From an uncultured Filomicrobium sp. (lineage in GTDB: Bacteria; Pseudomonadota; Alphaproteobacteria; Rhizobiales; Hyphomicrobiaceae): 64,000 nucleotides of DNA. Positions 1-10,139 of this stretch are shown piece by piece. The notes below the pieces were generated by a model. It was not told the DNA's origin. It saw nothing but the letters and a program-made list of their open reading frames with translations, and did no database searches. The stretch covers positions 289-64,288 of the forward strand of contig CAYUYL010000001.1 in the NCBI GenBank assembly GCA_964449195.1, given 5' to 3'. Both the position numbers and the translations under genes were made by a program. Each line of letters begins with the position of its first letter. Positions within the stretch are counted from its first letter, which is position 1.

Positions 1-330
1 AATCAAGGCTGAGCAGGTATAGGTTGTACCTCCATTACCAATAAGTTTGAAGGGATGGTCGTTCAAGGAAACTTCGGTAATGTGGTCCATTACAACCTCG
101 GTGCCGCAATTGATGGCCTGGGCTTCCATCTGCTGCATCAGCCAGGGCCCCTGGATCGGATCGGCAAAACCGGGATAATTCTCTACATCCGTTGTAATGG
201 TCAACTGGCCACCAGGCTGAATGCCCTGGATCACCAGCGGCGACAGCATTGCTCTGGACGCATAGACCGCGGCCGTGTATCCCGCCGGGCCAGAGCCTAA
301 AATAATCACGTCCCTATGCTGATGTTCCAT
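1..330 (-). CDS. trxB: thioredoxin-disulfide reductase, N-terminal part (gene runs off the left edge)
   Basis: Reverse translation from the ATG at 330 gives MEHQHRDVIILGSGPAGYTAAVYASRAMLSPLVIQGIQPGGQLTITTDVENYPGF... It has the GSGPAG FAD motif and the GGQL..TT.VENYPGF block typical of TrxB. It is absent from the ORF track because no stop lies inside the window. Confidence 0.9.
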   Translation of the reverse strand, partial: MEHQHRDVIILGSGPAGYTAAVYASRAMLSPLVIQGIQPGGQLTITTDVENYPGFADPIQGPWLMQQMEAQAINCGTEVVMDHITEVSLNDHPFKLIGNGGTTYTCSALI

Positions 331-715
331 TGGCTTCAGCCTTCTTGAAATTGTGCGTAAATAAAACTTAATCGATAGCAGGACAACTTGAAGTCTGTTG
401 GTGCTTACGAGATTCGTGCCTTGGACATCAACAGTGCTAATGCTGAATAGCGTGACTCAATTTGCACACGCCTTGCGCATTACAACTCAAAGCAGGACAG
501 CTGCGCAAACACAACAATCAAACTGCGTGATAGATATGTGAGTCATCCTATGCGAAATCCAGGCAAAGCAAACGATTACCATATAACAAATCAAGTCTTT
601 TTGAAGTTTTGTTTTCTCAAACTGTCATGATGACCGATATCGTTTTTCATGAGAGCATGGAAAGTTATATCAACACTATATCTTGCGATACGCAACGCAT
701 GTAAATGAGGCGGTC

Positions 716-1720
716 ATGAGCCAAAACCCACGCTTCAAGCAAACCTCAGGGATGCAAATACCACGCTTTGCCGGCGTTCCAACATTTATGCGCTTACCAG
801 TTATTGACCTTGACAACGAACTGGCTGCCGAAGTGGACATTGGCCTTATTGGCATTCCGTGGGATGGCGGAACGACCAATCGCCCTGGCGCACGCCACGG
901 ACCGCGGCAGCTGCGTGATGCATCAACCATGATACGCGCCGCCCACCCTCGCACAGGTATCAAGCCGTTTGAAATGACCAATTGCGCCGATCTTGGCGAC
1001 TGTCCGGTTAATCCTGCCTCAATCGATGACACACTGGAGCGCGTGACAACCTTCTACAAACAGCTGCGAAAGTTGAATATCGCGCCGGTGACGGCTGGTG
1101 GCGACCATCTGATCTCCTTGCCAGTGCTACGGGGCATTGCTGGCGATACGCCACTCGGTATGATCCACATTGATGCCCATACCGACCTGTTCGACAAATA
1201 TTACGGCGACTTTATCTATACGCACGGCACTCCCTTCCGCCGTGCCATAGAAGAAGGTCTTTTGGACCCGAAGCGTGTCGTGCAGATTGGTATTCGCGGC
1301 TCACGCTACGATAATGCCGATATCAACTGGGGGCGCCAACAGGGCGTGCGCATCTTTACCATCGACGACGTGTATGAGCGCGGCCTCGCCGACATCATGG
1401 AATCAGCACGGCAAGCCGTCGGCGACGCACCGACGTACGTCAGTTTCGATATCGATGCCATCGACCCTGCCTTTGCGCCGGGCACCGGCACACCGGAAAT
1501 CGGCGGCTTTACATCCTATGAGGCACAGCTCATTGTTCGCCATCTAGCGGGCCTAAATCTGGTTGGTGCCGATCTTGTCGAAGTTTCTCCGCCCTACGAT
1601 CCCGCCGGCGGCACGGCCTTGGTTGGTGTTTCCATCATGTTTGAATTGCTATGTGTGCTTGCGCCCGCCGTAGCCGGACGCCATGCTTCAGTCAGTCAAT
1701 CTGAGGAACAAACGGAATAA
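716..1720 (+). CDS. agmatinase-family ureohydrolase (agmatinase / guanidino-acid hydrolase type)
   Basis: ORF 683..1720. The likely start is MSQNPRF at 716, with GAGG upstream. Arginase-fold metal motifs are present: GGDHLISLP, IHIDAHTDL, SFDIDAIDPAFAPGTGTPE. Confidence 0.85.
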   Translation: MSQNPRFKQTSGMQIPRFAGVPTFMRLPVIDLDNELAAEVDIGLIGIPWDGGTTNRPGARHGPRQLRDASTMIRAAHPRTGIKPFEMTNCADLGDCPVNPASIDDTLERVTTFYKQLRKLNIAPVTAGGDHLISLPVLRGIAGDTPLGMIHIDAHTDLFDKYYGDFIYTHGTPFRRAIEEGLLDPKRVVQIGIRGSRYDNADINWGRQQGVRIFTIDDVYERGLADIMESARQAVGDAPTYVSFDIDAIDPAFAPGTGTPEIGGFTSYEAQLIVRHLAGLNLVGADLVEVSPPYDPAGGTALVGVSIMFELLCVLAPAVAGRHASVSQSEEQTE

Positions 1721-1756
1721 GACCATTTTGAAACCTAAAAAAATACGGCCCTTACC

Positions 1757-2218
1757 ATGACGACGTCGAAGATCCTATTCCTGTGTACCGGCAATTATTA
1801 TCGAAGCCGATTTGCGGAGGAATATTTCAATTATCGTGCACCTGCTGTTGCTGCCACCTAGCAGGCATTTTCCCGAGGGCTGGCCACGCAAGCTGACATG
1901 AATGGCTCTTCCGGAAATCCAGGTCCAGTATCAATCCACACCCTGCATTATCTGGGGCTCTACCAGATCAAGACGCAGGATCACTTCCGCTATCCCCAGA
2001 GCGTGACTGAAGCAGACCTGGAAACCGCTGACCGTGTCATTGCGTTATCGCAATCCGAGCATGAGGACATGATAAGGACAAAGCATCCCGGCCACGCGCA
2101 CCTTGTGCACTATATGCAGATCGAGGACATCCATATCCACAAGCCTGCATATGCTATTCCGCGGTTGGTGCACAGTCTTGACCAGTTGATGCGTGAGTTA
2201 CAAGCGGCAGAGATATGA
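1757..2218 (+). pseudogene. low-molecular-weight phosphatase (LMW-PTP/ArsC-like) interrupted by one in-frame TAG at 1859-1861
   Basis: ATG at 1757 gives MTTSKILFLCTGNYYRSRFAEEYFNYRAPAVAAT, which contains the CX5R(S) P-loop, then TAG. The same frame continues QAFSRGLATQADMNG... into ORF 1898..2218. Confidence 0.75.
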
Positions 2219-2558
2219 GGAAATTTGTGTCCTGCGCAAGCTGTATAACTATACATTTATAGAAATGATCTCAGAGCGGAAAGGAACAGGTGGTAATACC
2301 CGCTCCATCACGATAAGAGTTTGGTTAAGTCGGCCACAAGACAGGATTTTTCCAAATAAACAACTGTAAAGCGAGGCAGACAGGATAATCCTGTCCGCTT
2401 CAGCCTTATCTATCCGAAAGAATGTTTAGTGTTTCATATCTACCAACATTCCAGATCCGAAATGTTTTGCCGAAAAAGGAAGTAATTTTTTGCTTTTGCC
2501 ATGGTTTCACAAACGCTTGGCGAGCTTGGCTCAGAAGCTAAGCGTTTCATCCGGAACA

Positions 2559-3050
2559 CTAGCTGACACTACTCCAAGTGCCGTCAGGATTGCGGCAGGC
2601 TGTACCACGCATCGCTTGCGATCGCCCATCGATATAGACCCTGTGCGTATACTCACGGCAATCCGTTCTACCGCGCCTAAATGGCGGACTTGGAGTAACT
2701 GCACCATAACGTCCACTATCTGGATTGCGCCATTCAACTGGCTCACCAGAACGCCCGTTTTCAAGCGCATTATACTCTGCACGCTGTGCATACTGCCGAT
2801 CGATTTTATCAAGTGAGCGGCCAATTTCATTGCCTATAACACCGCCTACAAAGGCCCCCACGATCGCAGCAGGAATGCGCCCGTTTCCACGCGCAACAGC
2901 GCTCCCCAACAAACCACCGGCGACCGCACCAACAGCCAAACCGCTATCTGCCTTATTCGGCCCACCAGCGCTGCAGCCTGCCAGAATGACACTTGCTGCA
3001 AACGTTATTGCAATTGCCGTCATTGCAGCGCACCGCCCACGGTTTCCCAT
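2559..3050 (-). CDS. outer-membrane lipoprotein, 17-kDa surface-antigen / glycine-zipper family
   Basis: ORF 2559..3089. The likely start is MGNRGR at 3050, with GAGG upstream. It has a lipobox (VILAGC), a Gly-zipper (GAVAGGLLGSAVARG...GAFVGGVIGNEIG) and a Cys-containing C-terminal domain. Confidence 0.75.
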   Translation of the reverse strand: MGNRGRCAAMTAIAITFAASVILAGCSAGGPNKADSGLAVGAVAGGLLGSAVARGNGRIPAAIVGAFVGGVIGNEIGRSLDKIDRQYAQRAEYNALENGRSGEPVEWRNPDSGRYGAVTPSPPFRRGRTDCREYTHRVYIDGRSQAMRGTACRNPDGTWSSVS

Positions 3051-3153
3051 CAAATTGACCTCACTATGTCGTTTATCGAAAGTAAGCATAACAACCCATT
3101 ATACACGTATCTGACTTGATTCGGGCAAAACTTCGTCGGCGGGTATACCTTAT

Positions 3154-4596
3154 CTAGAGATAATCATCCGCTGCCGGCAAGGTGACGCAAACTTGCAGAC
3201 CGCCGAGTTCGGAATCTGAAAGCGTGAACGTGCCTCTATATGATGTTGCGAGATCATTAACAATTGATAAACCCAATCCTGTACCCGGTATTGTTTCATC
3301 AAGGCGGGCGCCGCGCTTACCAATTTTGTTGCGCTCCTCGGCCGTCAGTCCGGGCCCGTCGTCTTCAATGAGAAACTCCAGTATTGCAGCGTTACCCTCT
3401 CCGGCTGCCCGCCTGCTAATCCGCAAGCGAACATCGCGAACACACCATTTGCAAGCATTGTCCAAAAGATTTCCAAGAATTTCTTCAAGATCGTGCTGCT
3501 CCCCACTGAAACGCGCGCCTTTACTCCCCTGCAGGGTGATACGGACATTCTTATCGCGGTAAATACGCTCAAGAGCACGTTTCAGCGGCTCGGTCACAGC
3601 ATGGACATCACAAACCCGGCCAACCGTGCCAACACGCGCTGCCACATAAGCCCGGTCCAGATAATAAGTAATCTGAAGGCGCATCACCCTGGCCTGCTCG
3701 GCCACCTTTTGCGCAAAGGCCGTGCGCTCATCACCAGCTTCATTAATAATCACGGCCAGCGGTGTCTTCAACGCATGTGCAAGATTGCCTACTTTGGTGC
3801 GGGCGCGCTCAATAATGTCCTGATTGGCATCGATAAGCGCATTTAATTCAGCCTGGAGAGGTTCAATCTCAGCAGGGAATTTGCCTTCAAGTTTTTCAGC
3901 CTGGCCGGAACGCACACGAGACAACCCCGCCTTTATAGCCCGCAGCGGAAAAAGCCCGAAATGAATCTGGAGAAATGTGGCAATCAATAATCCCAGCGCA
4001 GCAAGCCCGAGCGCCATCGTCAATTCCCAGGCGAAGGATGCAATCTTTTCATATTCTAAATCAAGCGGTCCGGCGACAATAAAGGAATACTGAGGCGCAC
4101 CAGACTCACCACCCAAGGGCCCGATCTGCTCAAAAAGCCGGACAAGCTGCCCATCAGGCGCAATTGCATCCATTTTCCTGAGACCAGGCTCAATCTCAGA
4201 AATCGCCTTATCAGCGGGCGATGGCAGCCACCCATCCGCAAGTGACATGGAGACAAGGCGTATACCTTCACTCTTCACAACGGGTTGTATTTGCCAATAC
4301 CATCCGGAATTCGGGAATGAAAAACCAGACTCCAAAAGATATTCAGGCTTAGCAGGCGTTTTTTTATCTATATTCTGAGCTCTAATACTTATAACATGCA
4401 ACCGAATACTTCTTTCAAAATTGGAAATGATATTCTGGTTATAATTGTAATAGAGGATAAATCCGACAACCGGCAGTGCCAATACCGTCCACGCGACTGA
4501 TGTCGCAAACAAACGGAAAGCAAGAGAGTGAAACCGAAACTGTCTTATCGATGACAGAACATGCTCAACCGCGTCATCAATCGTTGTCTTGGTCAA
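3154..4596 (-). CDS. sensor histidine kinase (HAMP-HisKA-HATPase)
   Basis: H-box NLAHALKTPLAVI, N-box LGNLLDNACKW, G-boxes EDDGPGL and GTGLGLSIV, with two TM segments flanking a periplasmic domain. The ORF is open to 4746, but an in-frame TTG at 4596 overlaps the regulator's stop by about 20 nt and is the more plausible start. The start is uncertain. Confidence 0.85.
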   Translation of the reverse strand: MTKTTIDDAVEHVLSSIRQFRFHSLAFRLFATSVAWTVLALPVVGFILYYNYNQNIISNFERSIRLHVISIRAQNIDKKTPAKPEYLLESGFSFPNSGWYWQIQPVVKSEGIRLVSMSLADGWLPSPADKAISEIEPGLRKMDAIAPDGQLVRLFEQIGPLGGESGAPQYSFIVAGPLDLEYEKIASFAWELTMALGLAALGLLIATFLQIHFGLFPLRAIKAGLSRVRSGQAEKLEGKFPAEIEPLQAELNALIDANQDIIERARTKVGNLAHALKTPLAVIINEAGDERTAFAQKVAEQARVMRLQITYYLDRAYVAARVGTVGRVCDVHAVTEPLKRALERIYRDKNVRITLQGSKGARFSGEQHDLEEILGNLLDNACKWCVRDVRLRISRRAAGEGNAAILEFLIEDDGPGLTAEERNKIGKRGARLDETIPGTGLGLSIVNDLATSYRGTFTLSDSELGGLQVCVTLPAADDYL

Positions 4597-5248
4597 CGCG
4601 AATGCGATAACCCAGGCCGCGTACAGTTTGGATAATATCGGCTGGAATTTTTTTACGCAGACGGCCGATAAATACTTCGATCGTATTCGAATCCCTGTCA
4701 AAATCCTGATCATAAAGATGCTCGACCAATTCGGTGCGCGAAACAACGCGCGTGTTGTGGTGCATAAGATAGGCGAGCAAGCGATACTCGTGCGAAGTCA
4801 ATTTTATGGTTTGACCATTGCAGGTGACACGTGCGGCTTTGGTGTCAAGGCGCACTGGTCCACACTCTATTTCACTTGTCGCATGGCCTGTCGCACGGCG
4901 CACCTGCACACGAACCCGGGCAAGCAATTCCTCCATATGAAACGGCTTGGCGACATAATCGTCAGCGCCGGCATCCATACCCGCCACCTTGTCGCTCCAG
5001 CGATCGCGCGCCGTGAGTATAATGACCGGCATATTACGGCCCGATCTGCGCCATTGTTCCAAAACGGAAATTCCATCCATTTTTGGCAGTCCGAGGTCAA
5101 GAATAACTATATCATAAGGTTCCGTGTCACCTAGGAAACAGCCTTCTTCGCCATCAAATGCAGTGTCTACTGCAAACTCAGCGTCACGCAACGCAGAGAC
5201 AACTTGCCTATTGAGATCGGGATCATCTTCAATGATCAGGGCACGCAC
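4577..5248 (-). CDS. OmpR/PhoB-family response regulator
   Basis: Receiver domain: MRALIIEDDPDL..., DIVILDLGLPKMDG, ILTARD. C-terminal winged helix: LTSHEYRLL...TVRGLGYRI. Confidence 0.92.
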   Translation of the reverse strand: MRALIIEDDPDLNRQVVSALRDAEFAVDTAFDGEEGCFLGDTEPYDIVILDLGLPKMDGISVLEQWRRSGRNMPVIILTARDRWSDKVAGMDAGADDYVAKPFHMEELLARVRVQVRRATGHATSEIECGPVRLDTKAARVTCNGQTIKLTSHEYRLLAYLMHHNTRVVSRTELVEHLYDQDFDRDSNTIEVFIGRLRKKIPADIIQTVRGLGYRIRVDQDND

Positions 5249-5740
5249 AGGTCAACCCTCTTATGTTATGACATCTCAATTTCATGCTTTGCACCATAAT
5301 ATCTATGTTCTCTCATCCATCTAACAGATGAGGACTCAAGCAAGTCCATGCCGCATCATAAATTCATCGGCAGCGGCGGCAAACCATAATCATTATAGCC
5401 ACTCTAGATGCAAATGAGCAAACCAGCACTGAGCTTACCGCATTCTGCATCCAGCTGCCATCACGCAGCATAATGCAACATGGTCCTTCAGCATCTCAAA
5501 CTCTTAGAGGTCTGGCAATTTGCATCTAAGAACGCGAAATATCAGCGCACTTTGCCTTATATTGAGCCCCTCATATTAGCAAGAGCACACCCTTGGCATG
5601 ACGCACGCATTAAGCACTGCATACACTATCACTGATTGACCTTTGTTTTGTCTGAAAATTCACATCACAATGCTGTACAAGGCGTATTTATCACTTTATG
5701 AATAAGTTAAGTCATTACGCCTGCAGAGGATATTCCGGCG

Positions 5741-6649
5741 ATGGACAATACGCCGTTTCACCATTCACCAGCACAGATTTTGCAGGACGCCCAACGCGCA
5801 GAAAGCAGCGGCGTTGCACCACTGGCCCAGCAACTCTATGTGCAAGTTGTAGAATTATATCCAACTTCACCTGAAGCCGTTGTGGCGCAGGAAGGGCTGT
5901 CGCGTGTTATGAGCAGCCAGCAGGCAGCTTCAGCCGCGCCACATGCCATGCAAACACCCGACATGCATCAGGCCAATGCCGCGCTTCATCGCGCAAATGG
6001 ACAACAAAATCAGCCTGTGGCTCCTGCAGCACATTCGCTTCCTTCCCCTCAGACTGCACCGAAAGGCACATTCCCACATAACGCCAGATTGCAATCAGAT
6101 GCAGGCACGCCGTCGGGACACACGTTGCCTCAATTCGCGCCGCAGCCTGCACAAACTCAACCCGATACAACATTAACAGGGTCATTCCATAATCCAGGCC
6201 CAAACCAACACACCAGCCACCCTCAACAGGTATACCACGGTGAAGCCAATATTTCACAACGCGCCCGCATAGCACCTGCACACAATAATCTGAATTTGGA
6301 ACCAGCCGCCAATGCTGAGGTTCCCAAACGCCAAGCGGCGCTCAAAGAACCCAAATTACGTCGTTATTCAACCGGCAGCATCTTAGCAACGACCATGATT
6401 GTCACCGGCACCTTTATCATGATCATAGGTTTTGCTTTGTTTATGTTTGTTACTTTCGCATCACAATTGGCAAGCGCCCTGACCGGCGGCTCTTCCATAT
6501 CAATAGCAGCCACAGCGCTTGCTTTATTGGTACTTGGCATTGTCATCATCGTTAACGGACTTGTTGCACGCGCGGTCTTTGCGAACGCACGTGCTTTACA
6601 CAGTCTGGAATTCTCTGAATTTCAGCGCCAAACGGCATCAAGACTATAG
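5741..6649 (+). CDS. hypothetical Pro/Gln/Ala-rich protein with two C-terminal TM helices
   Basis: 302-aa ORF. It has a short helical N-terminus, about 150 aa of low-complexity P/Q/A/H-rich sequence, then ILATTMIVTGTFIMIIGFALFMFVTF and IAATALALLVLGIVIIVNGLV. No domain was recognised. Confidence 0.55.
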   Translation: MDNTPFHHSPAQILQDAQRAESSGVAPLAQQLYVQVVELYPTSPEAVVAQEGLSRVMSSQQAASAAPHAMQTPDMHQANAALHRANGQQNQPVAPAAHSLPSPQTAPKGTFPHNARLQSDAGTPSGHTLPQFAPQPAQTQPDTTLTGSFHNPGPNQHTSHPQQVYHGEANISQRARIAPAHNNLNLEPAANAEVPKRQAALKEPKLRRYSTGSILATTMIVTGTFIMIIGFALFMFVTFASQLASALTGGSSISIAATALALLVLGIVIIVNGLVARAVFANARALHSLEFSEFQRQTASRL

Positions 6650-6716
6650 CTGCAGCCGGCTCTTTAAAGTGCCATTCAAACACTGCTTTTGCGCTAGGAC
6701 CATTCCTACCAGCTGA

Positions 6717-7247
6717 TCATTTCTCCAGCATCCGAGGCATGATGGAAACAAAATTGCAAGGCCGGTGGCGGCTATCCAATTGCCATTTCAATATTTCGTT
6801 CCAGCCATCACGGCAAGCATTGGGAGATCCGGGCAGACAGAAGATGTAAGTACCGCTGGCAACGCCGGCACACGCCCGTGACTGCAATGTCGAGGTTTTG
6901 ATTTTCTCATAAGAGATCATGTGGAACACAACCGAAAAGCCATCGATGTGTTTTTCGAAGAGCGGCATCAACGCTTCCGGCGTGATATCCCGGCCGGTGA
7001 AACCGGTTCCTCCTGTCGTTAGCACAACATCAATGTCAGACTGCGCAATCCATCCGGCCACCTGCGCACGGAGAAGCGCAATGTCATCTACCACAACAGC
7101 TCTGCCCGCATTGCGGTGTCCTGCCTGCTCAAGCAGGCTGACGAGCAAATCGCCAGACTCATCGTCTTCCAGTGTCCGTGTATCCGAAACCGTCAAAACG
7201 GCAATATTGAGCGGGACGAAAGGCTTAGTCGCATCAATCTGAGGCAT
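6717..7247 (-). CDS. moaB: molybdenum cofactor biosynthesis protein B
   Basis: MoaB/MogA fold motifs: LTVSDTR, VLTTGGTGFTGRDITPEA, CLPGSPNAC. Confidence 0.88.
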   Translation of the reverse strand: MPQIDATKPFVPLNIAVLTVSDTRTLEDDESGDLLVSLLEQAGHRNAGRAVVVDDIALLRAQVAGWIAQSDIDVVLTTGGTGFTGRDITPEALMPLFEKHIDGFSVVFHMISYEKIKTSTLQSRACAGVASGTYIFCLPGSPNACRDGWNEILKWQLDSRHRPCNFVSIMPRMLEK

Positions 7248-7286
7248 CCTAGATCCTCTATAAGCTGTTATATGCTGGCATATTCA

Positions 7287-8162
7287 TTATTCTGACTTGC
7301 TCTCACCTCTCAGGGCCTCTTGAACAGACAGCAGATCACGCCACGCCAGGCGCTTGGAAGCGGGCGTACGCAACAGATAAGCGGGATGAAGGGTTGGCAT
7401 AACCTGCACGTTAGCACCGCCTGAGGTTGAAATTGTGACCCATTTACCGCGTGATTTCATAATACCTTGCGTGGTGTCTAAAATCGCTTTTGCCGCAGGT
7501 CCGCCAACAGTGATCATAATCTCAGGTGCTACAAGATCAATCTGACGCTCAAGGAAAGGCCTGCACACAAGCACCTCTTGAGGGGTCGGAGTACGGTTGC
7601 CGGGCGGGCGCCAATATACCACATTGGTAAAGTGCACCTGGCTTTCATCAAGATTGATGGCAGCCAGCATTTTGTCTAGTAATTGCCCTGCACGCCCGAC
7701 GAAAGGCTTGCCTGATAGGTCTTCATCTCGACCGGGGGCTTCGCCGATAACCATAACGCGTGCCTCCTCAGCACCGCGAAAAAAGCAGAGGTGTTTGGCT
7801 GTTGCCTTTAAGCCGCACCCATCAAAATCAGCGAGCACATCCTGTAATGCTTGAAGCGTTTGTGCACTGCGGGCAGCCTCCCTTGCCCCGGCTTCATTGG
7901 TATTCTGAAAAGATGTGACGGGAGGTGACTTCTGCAACGTTTGAGGCACAGTCCCCGGGTGTCTAGTCGTTGTGTCAATATTAGCTGGATGTCGCGCCGC
8001 CGCGGTTATACGCGATGGAGGGCGATCCCCGCGCGCCAGCCAATTAACGGTATCAGCCCCAACTGCTGTATCAACACCCATGGCACGATACCATGAAAGT
8101 GTTGCAAGCAACGCATTGCGCTCTGTATCTTTATTGTCTTTATTGCACTGAAAATCGCTCAT
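7287..8162 (-). CDS. uracil-DNA glycosylase, family 4, with a roughly 120-aa N-terminal extension
   Basis: GEAPGRDEDLSGKPFVGRAGQLLDKML and HPAYLLR motifs lie in the C-terminal two thirds. The N-terminal part is low-complexity. Confidence 0.85.
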   Translation of the reverse strand: MSDFQCNKDNKDTERNALLATLSWYRAMGVDTAVGADTVNWLARGDRPPSRITAAARHPANIDTTTRHPGTVPQTLQKSPPVTSFQNTNEAGAREAARSAQTLQALQDVLADFDGCGLKATAKHLCFFRGAEEARVMVIGEAPGRDEDLSGKPFVGRAGQLLDKMLAAINLDESQVHFTNVVYWRPPGNRTPTPQEVLVCRPFLERQIDLVAPEIMITVGGPAAKAILDTTQGIMKSRGKWVTISTSGGANVQVMPTLHPAYLLRTPASKRLAWRDLLSVQEALRGESKSE

Positions 8163-8456
8163 AAATTGAGTTTAACTTTCTGCACCATAAATTGCACCTG
8201 TATAATGCATCGGATGCGTGCCGCTTTCGCGCGCAGCAAAGGCCAAATGTATTGGTTTAATTCACAGGCTGCCCGCAAAATTGGTGCAACCACTTGTATT
8301 GAGACGCCTTAAAGAATGACGTACAGATGATCTGGCCAATTCCTGTCAAAAACTACTTATGATTTAGGCGCGTATCTTCGACGCGATCCCCTTGACGCTA
8401 ATGCCGCACCGCGCATTAATCTCACATATGCTTGTATAAATCGGGAGTTTTGCGCT

Positions 8457-10139
8457 ATGGCCGAAAATGGCTCAGCCTTGCCAGAGCGCGAGGCTATGGA
8501 ATGTGACGTTGTCATTGTTGGTGGCGGTCCAGCCGGGCTTGCAGCCAGTATACGATTGATGCAAATGGCGCATGCAGCCGGCAAAGAGCTGTCTATCATC
8601 GTATTGGAAAAAGGCTCTGAAATCGGTGCACACATTTTATCCGGTGCAGTTATTGATCCCGTTGGCTTAAACCGCTTGATCCCCGATTGGAAGGACAAGG
8701 GCGCGCCCATCACAACCGAAGTCACAGAAGACAGATTTTTATACCTCGGACCTGCCGGTGACTTACAACTGCCCAATTTCCTCATGCCACCGCTGATGAA
8801 CAATCACGGCAACTATATCGTCAGTCTGGGAGATGTCACCCGCTGGCTGGGCGAGCAAGCCGAAGCGCTCGGAGTCGAGATTTTTCCAGGCTTTGCCGGC
8901 AGCGAACTTCTATATGATAAAAACGGCACCGTAACAGGCATTGCAACCGGTGATATGGGCGTTGGTAAAAGCGGCGAACCAAAAGACAACTTCGAGCGCG
9001 GCATGGAATTGCATGCAAAGTATGTGCTGCTTGCGGAAGGTGCACGTGGTTCGCTGTCCAAGCAAGCAATCCAGAAATTTGCACTCGACAGTGATGCCGA
9101 ACCGCAAAAGTACGGCATTGGTCTGAAAGAGCTTTGGCAGGTCAAACCTGAAAAGCACAAACCCGGTCTTGTCCAGCACAGCTTTGGCTGGCCTTTAAAC
9201 AACACAACAGGCGGCGGCTCATTCCTTTACCACTATGGTGAAAACCTTGTTGCCGTTGGCTTTGTGGTGCACCTCAATTACACCAATCCGTATTTGTCAC
9301 CCTACGACGAATTCCAACGCTATAAGACACACCCGGCGATTTGCGGGACATTTGAGGGCGGCAAACGCATAGCCTACGGTGCACGCGCGATTACAGAAGG
9401 TGGCTGGCAGTCTCTTCCCCAGCTTGCTTTTCCCGGTGGTGCACTATTGGGGTGTGCGGCGGGGATGCTCAATGTCCCGAGGATTAAGGGCAGCCACAAC
9501 GCCATATTGTCCGGCCTTCACGCGGCAGAAGCTGCATTCGCGGCACTGGAAAACAATCGCCAGCACGATAGACTTACAGCTTATGAGACAGCAGTGCGCA
9601 ATGGCCCCATTGCGGCGGACCTCAAGAAAGTACGCAATGCGAAACCGCTATGGTCGAAATTCGGCACCATCGTGGGGATCGGTCTTGGCGGCATCGATAT
9701 GTGGCTCAATACAATCATTCCAGGCATTGGCCTTGGCTACACGATGAAACACAGCAAGCCGGACCACGAAGCTTTAGCCCGGGCGGCCCAGTCCAATCCT
9801 ATCGAATATCCAAAACCGGATGGCGTACTCACATTCGACAAGCTGACGAATGTTTCTTTTTCTGCAACCAACCATGAAGAAGACCAGCCGGTTCATCTTC
9901 AACTCAAGGATCAAGAGATACCCATCAAGGAGAACCTGCCTGAGTATGCTGAACCTGCCCAGCGCTATTGCCCTGCCGGTGTCTACGAAATCATAGAAGG
10001 CACTGATGGGAACAAGACATTTCAGATTAATGCGCAAAACTGCGTGCACTGTAAAACCTGCGATATCAAGGACCCGTCGCAGAACATCAACTGGGTCTGC
10101 CCGGAAGGCGGCGGCGGACCGAACTACACCGGAATGTAG
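8457..10139 (+). CDS. electron-transfer flavoprotein:ubiquinone oxidoreductase (ETF-QO)
   Basis: FAD motif DVVIVGGGPAGLAA. C-terminal 4Fe-4S region CPAGVYE...NCVHCKTCDIKDP...WVCPEGGGGPNY. Confidence 0.93.
   Translation: MAENGSALPEREAMECDVVIVGGGPAGLAASIRLMQMAHAAGKELSIIVLEKGSEIGAHILSGAVIDPVGLNRLIPDWKDKGAPITTEVTEDRFLYLGPAGDLQLPNFLMPPLMNNHGNYIVSLGDVTRWLGEQAEALGVEIFPGFAGSELLYDKNGTVTGIATGDMGVGKSGEPKDNFERGMELHAKYVLLAEGARGSLSKQAIQKFALDSDAEPQKYGIGLKELWQVKPEKHKPGLVQHSFGWPLNNTTGGGSFLYHYGENLVAVGFVVHLNYTNPYLSPYDEFQRYKTHPAICGTFEGGKRIAYGARAITEGGWQSLPQLAFPGGALLGCAAGMLNVPRIKGSHNAILSGLHAAEAAFAALENNRQHDRLTAYETAVRNGPIAADLKKVRNAKPLWSKFGTIVGIGLGGIDMWLNTIIPGIGLGYTMKHSKPDHEALARAAQSNPIEYPKPDGVLTFDKLTNVSFSATNHEEDQPVHLQLKDQEIPIKENLPEYAEPAQRYCPAGVYEIIEGTDGNKTFQINAQNCVHCKTCDIKDPSQNINWVCPEGGGGPNYTGM

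Noticed and set aside
55-300. 81-aa plus-strand ORF at the left edge
   Set aside because: It lies antisense to, and entirely inside, the clear trxB reading frame (GSGPAG...VENYPGF on the minus strand). It is a shadow ORF.
331-715. Guanidine (ykkC-type) or other riboswitch upstream of the agmatinase-family gene
   Set aside because: I could not find the conserved ykkC core elements (for example GGGA / ACGR / GGUCCGAGAG-like blocks) or any convincing nested helices. It looks like ordinary AT-rich promoter space. An Rfam scan would be decisive.
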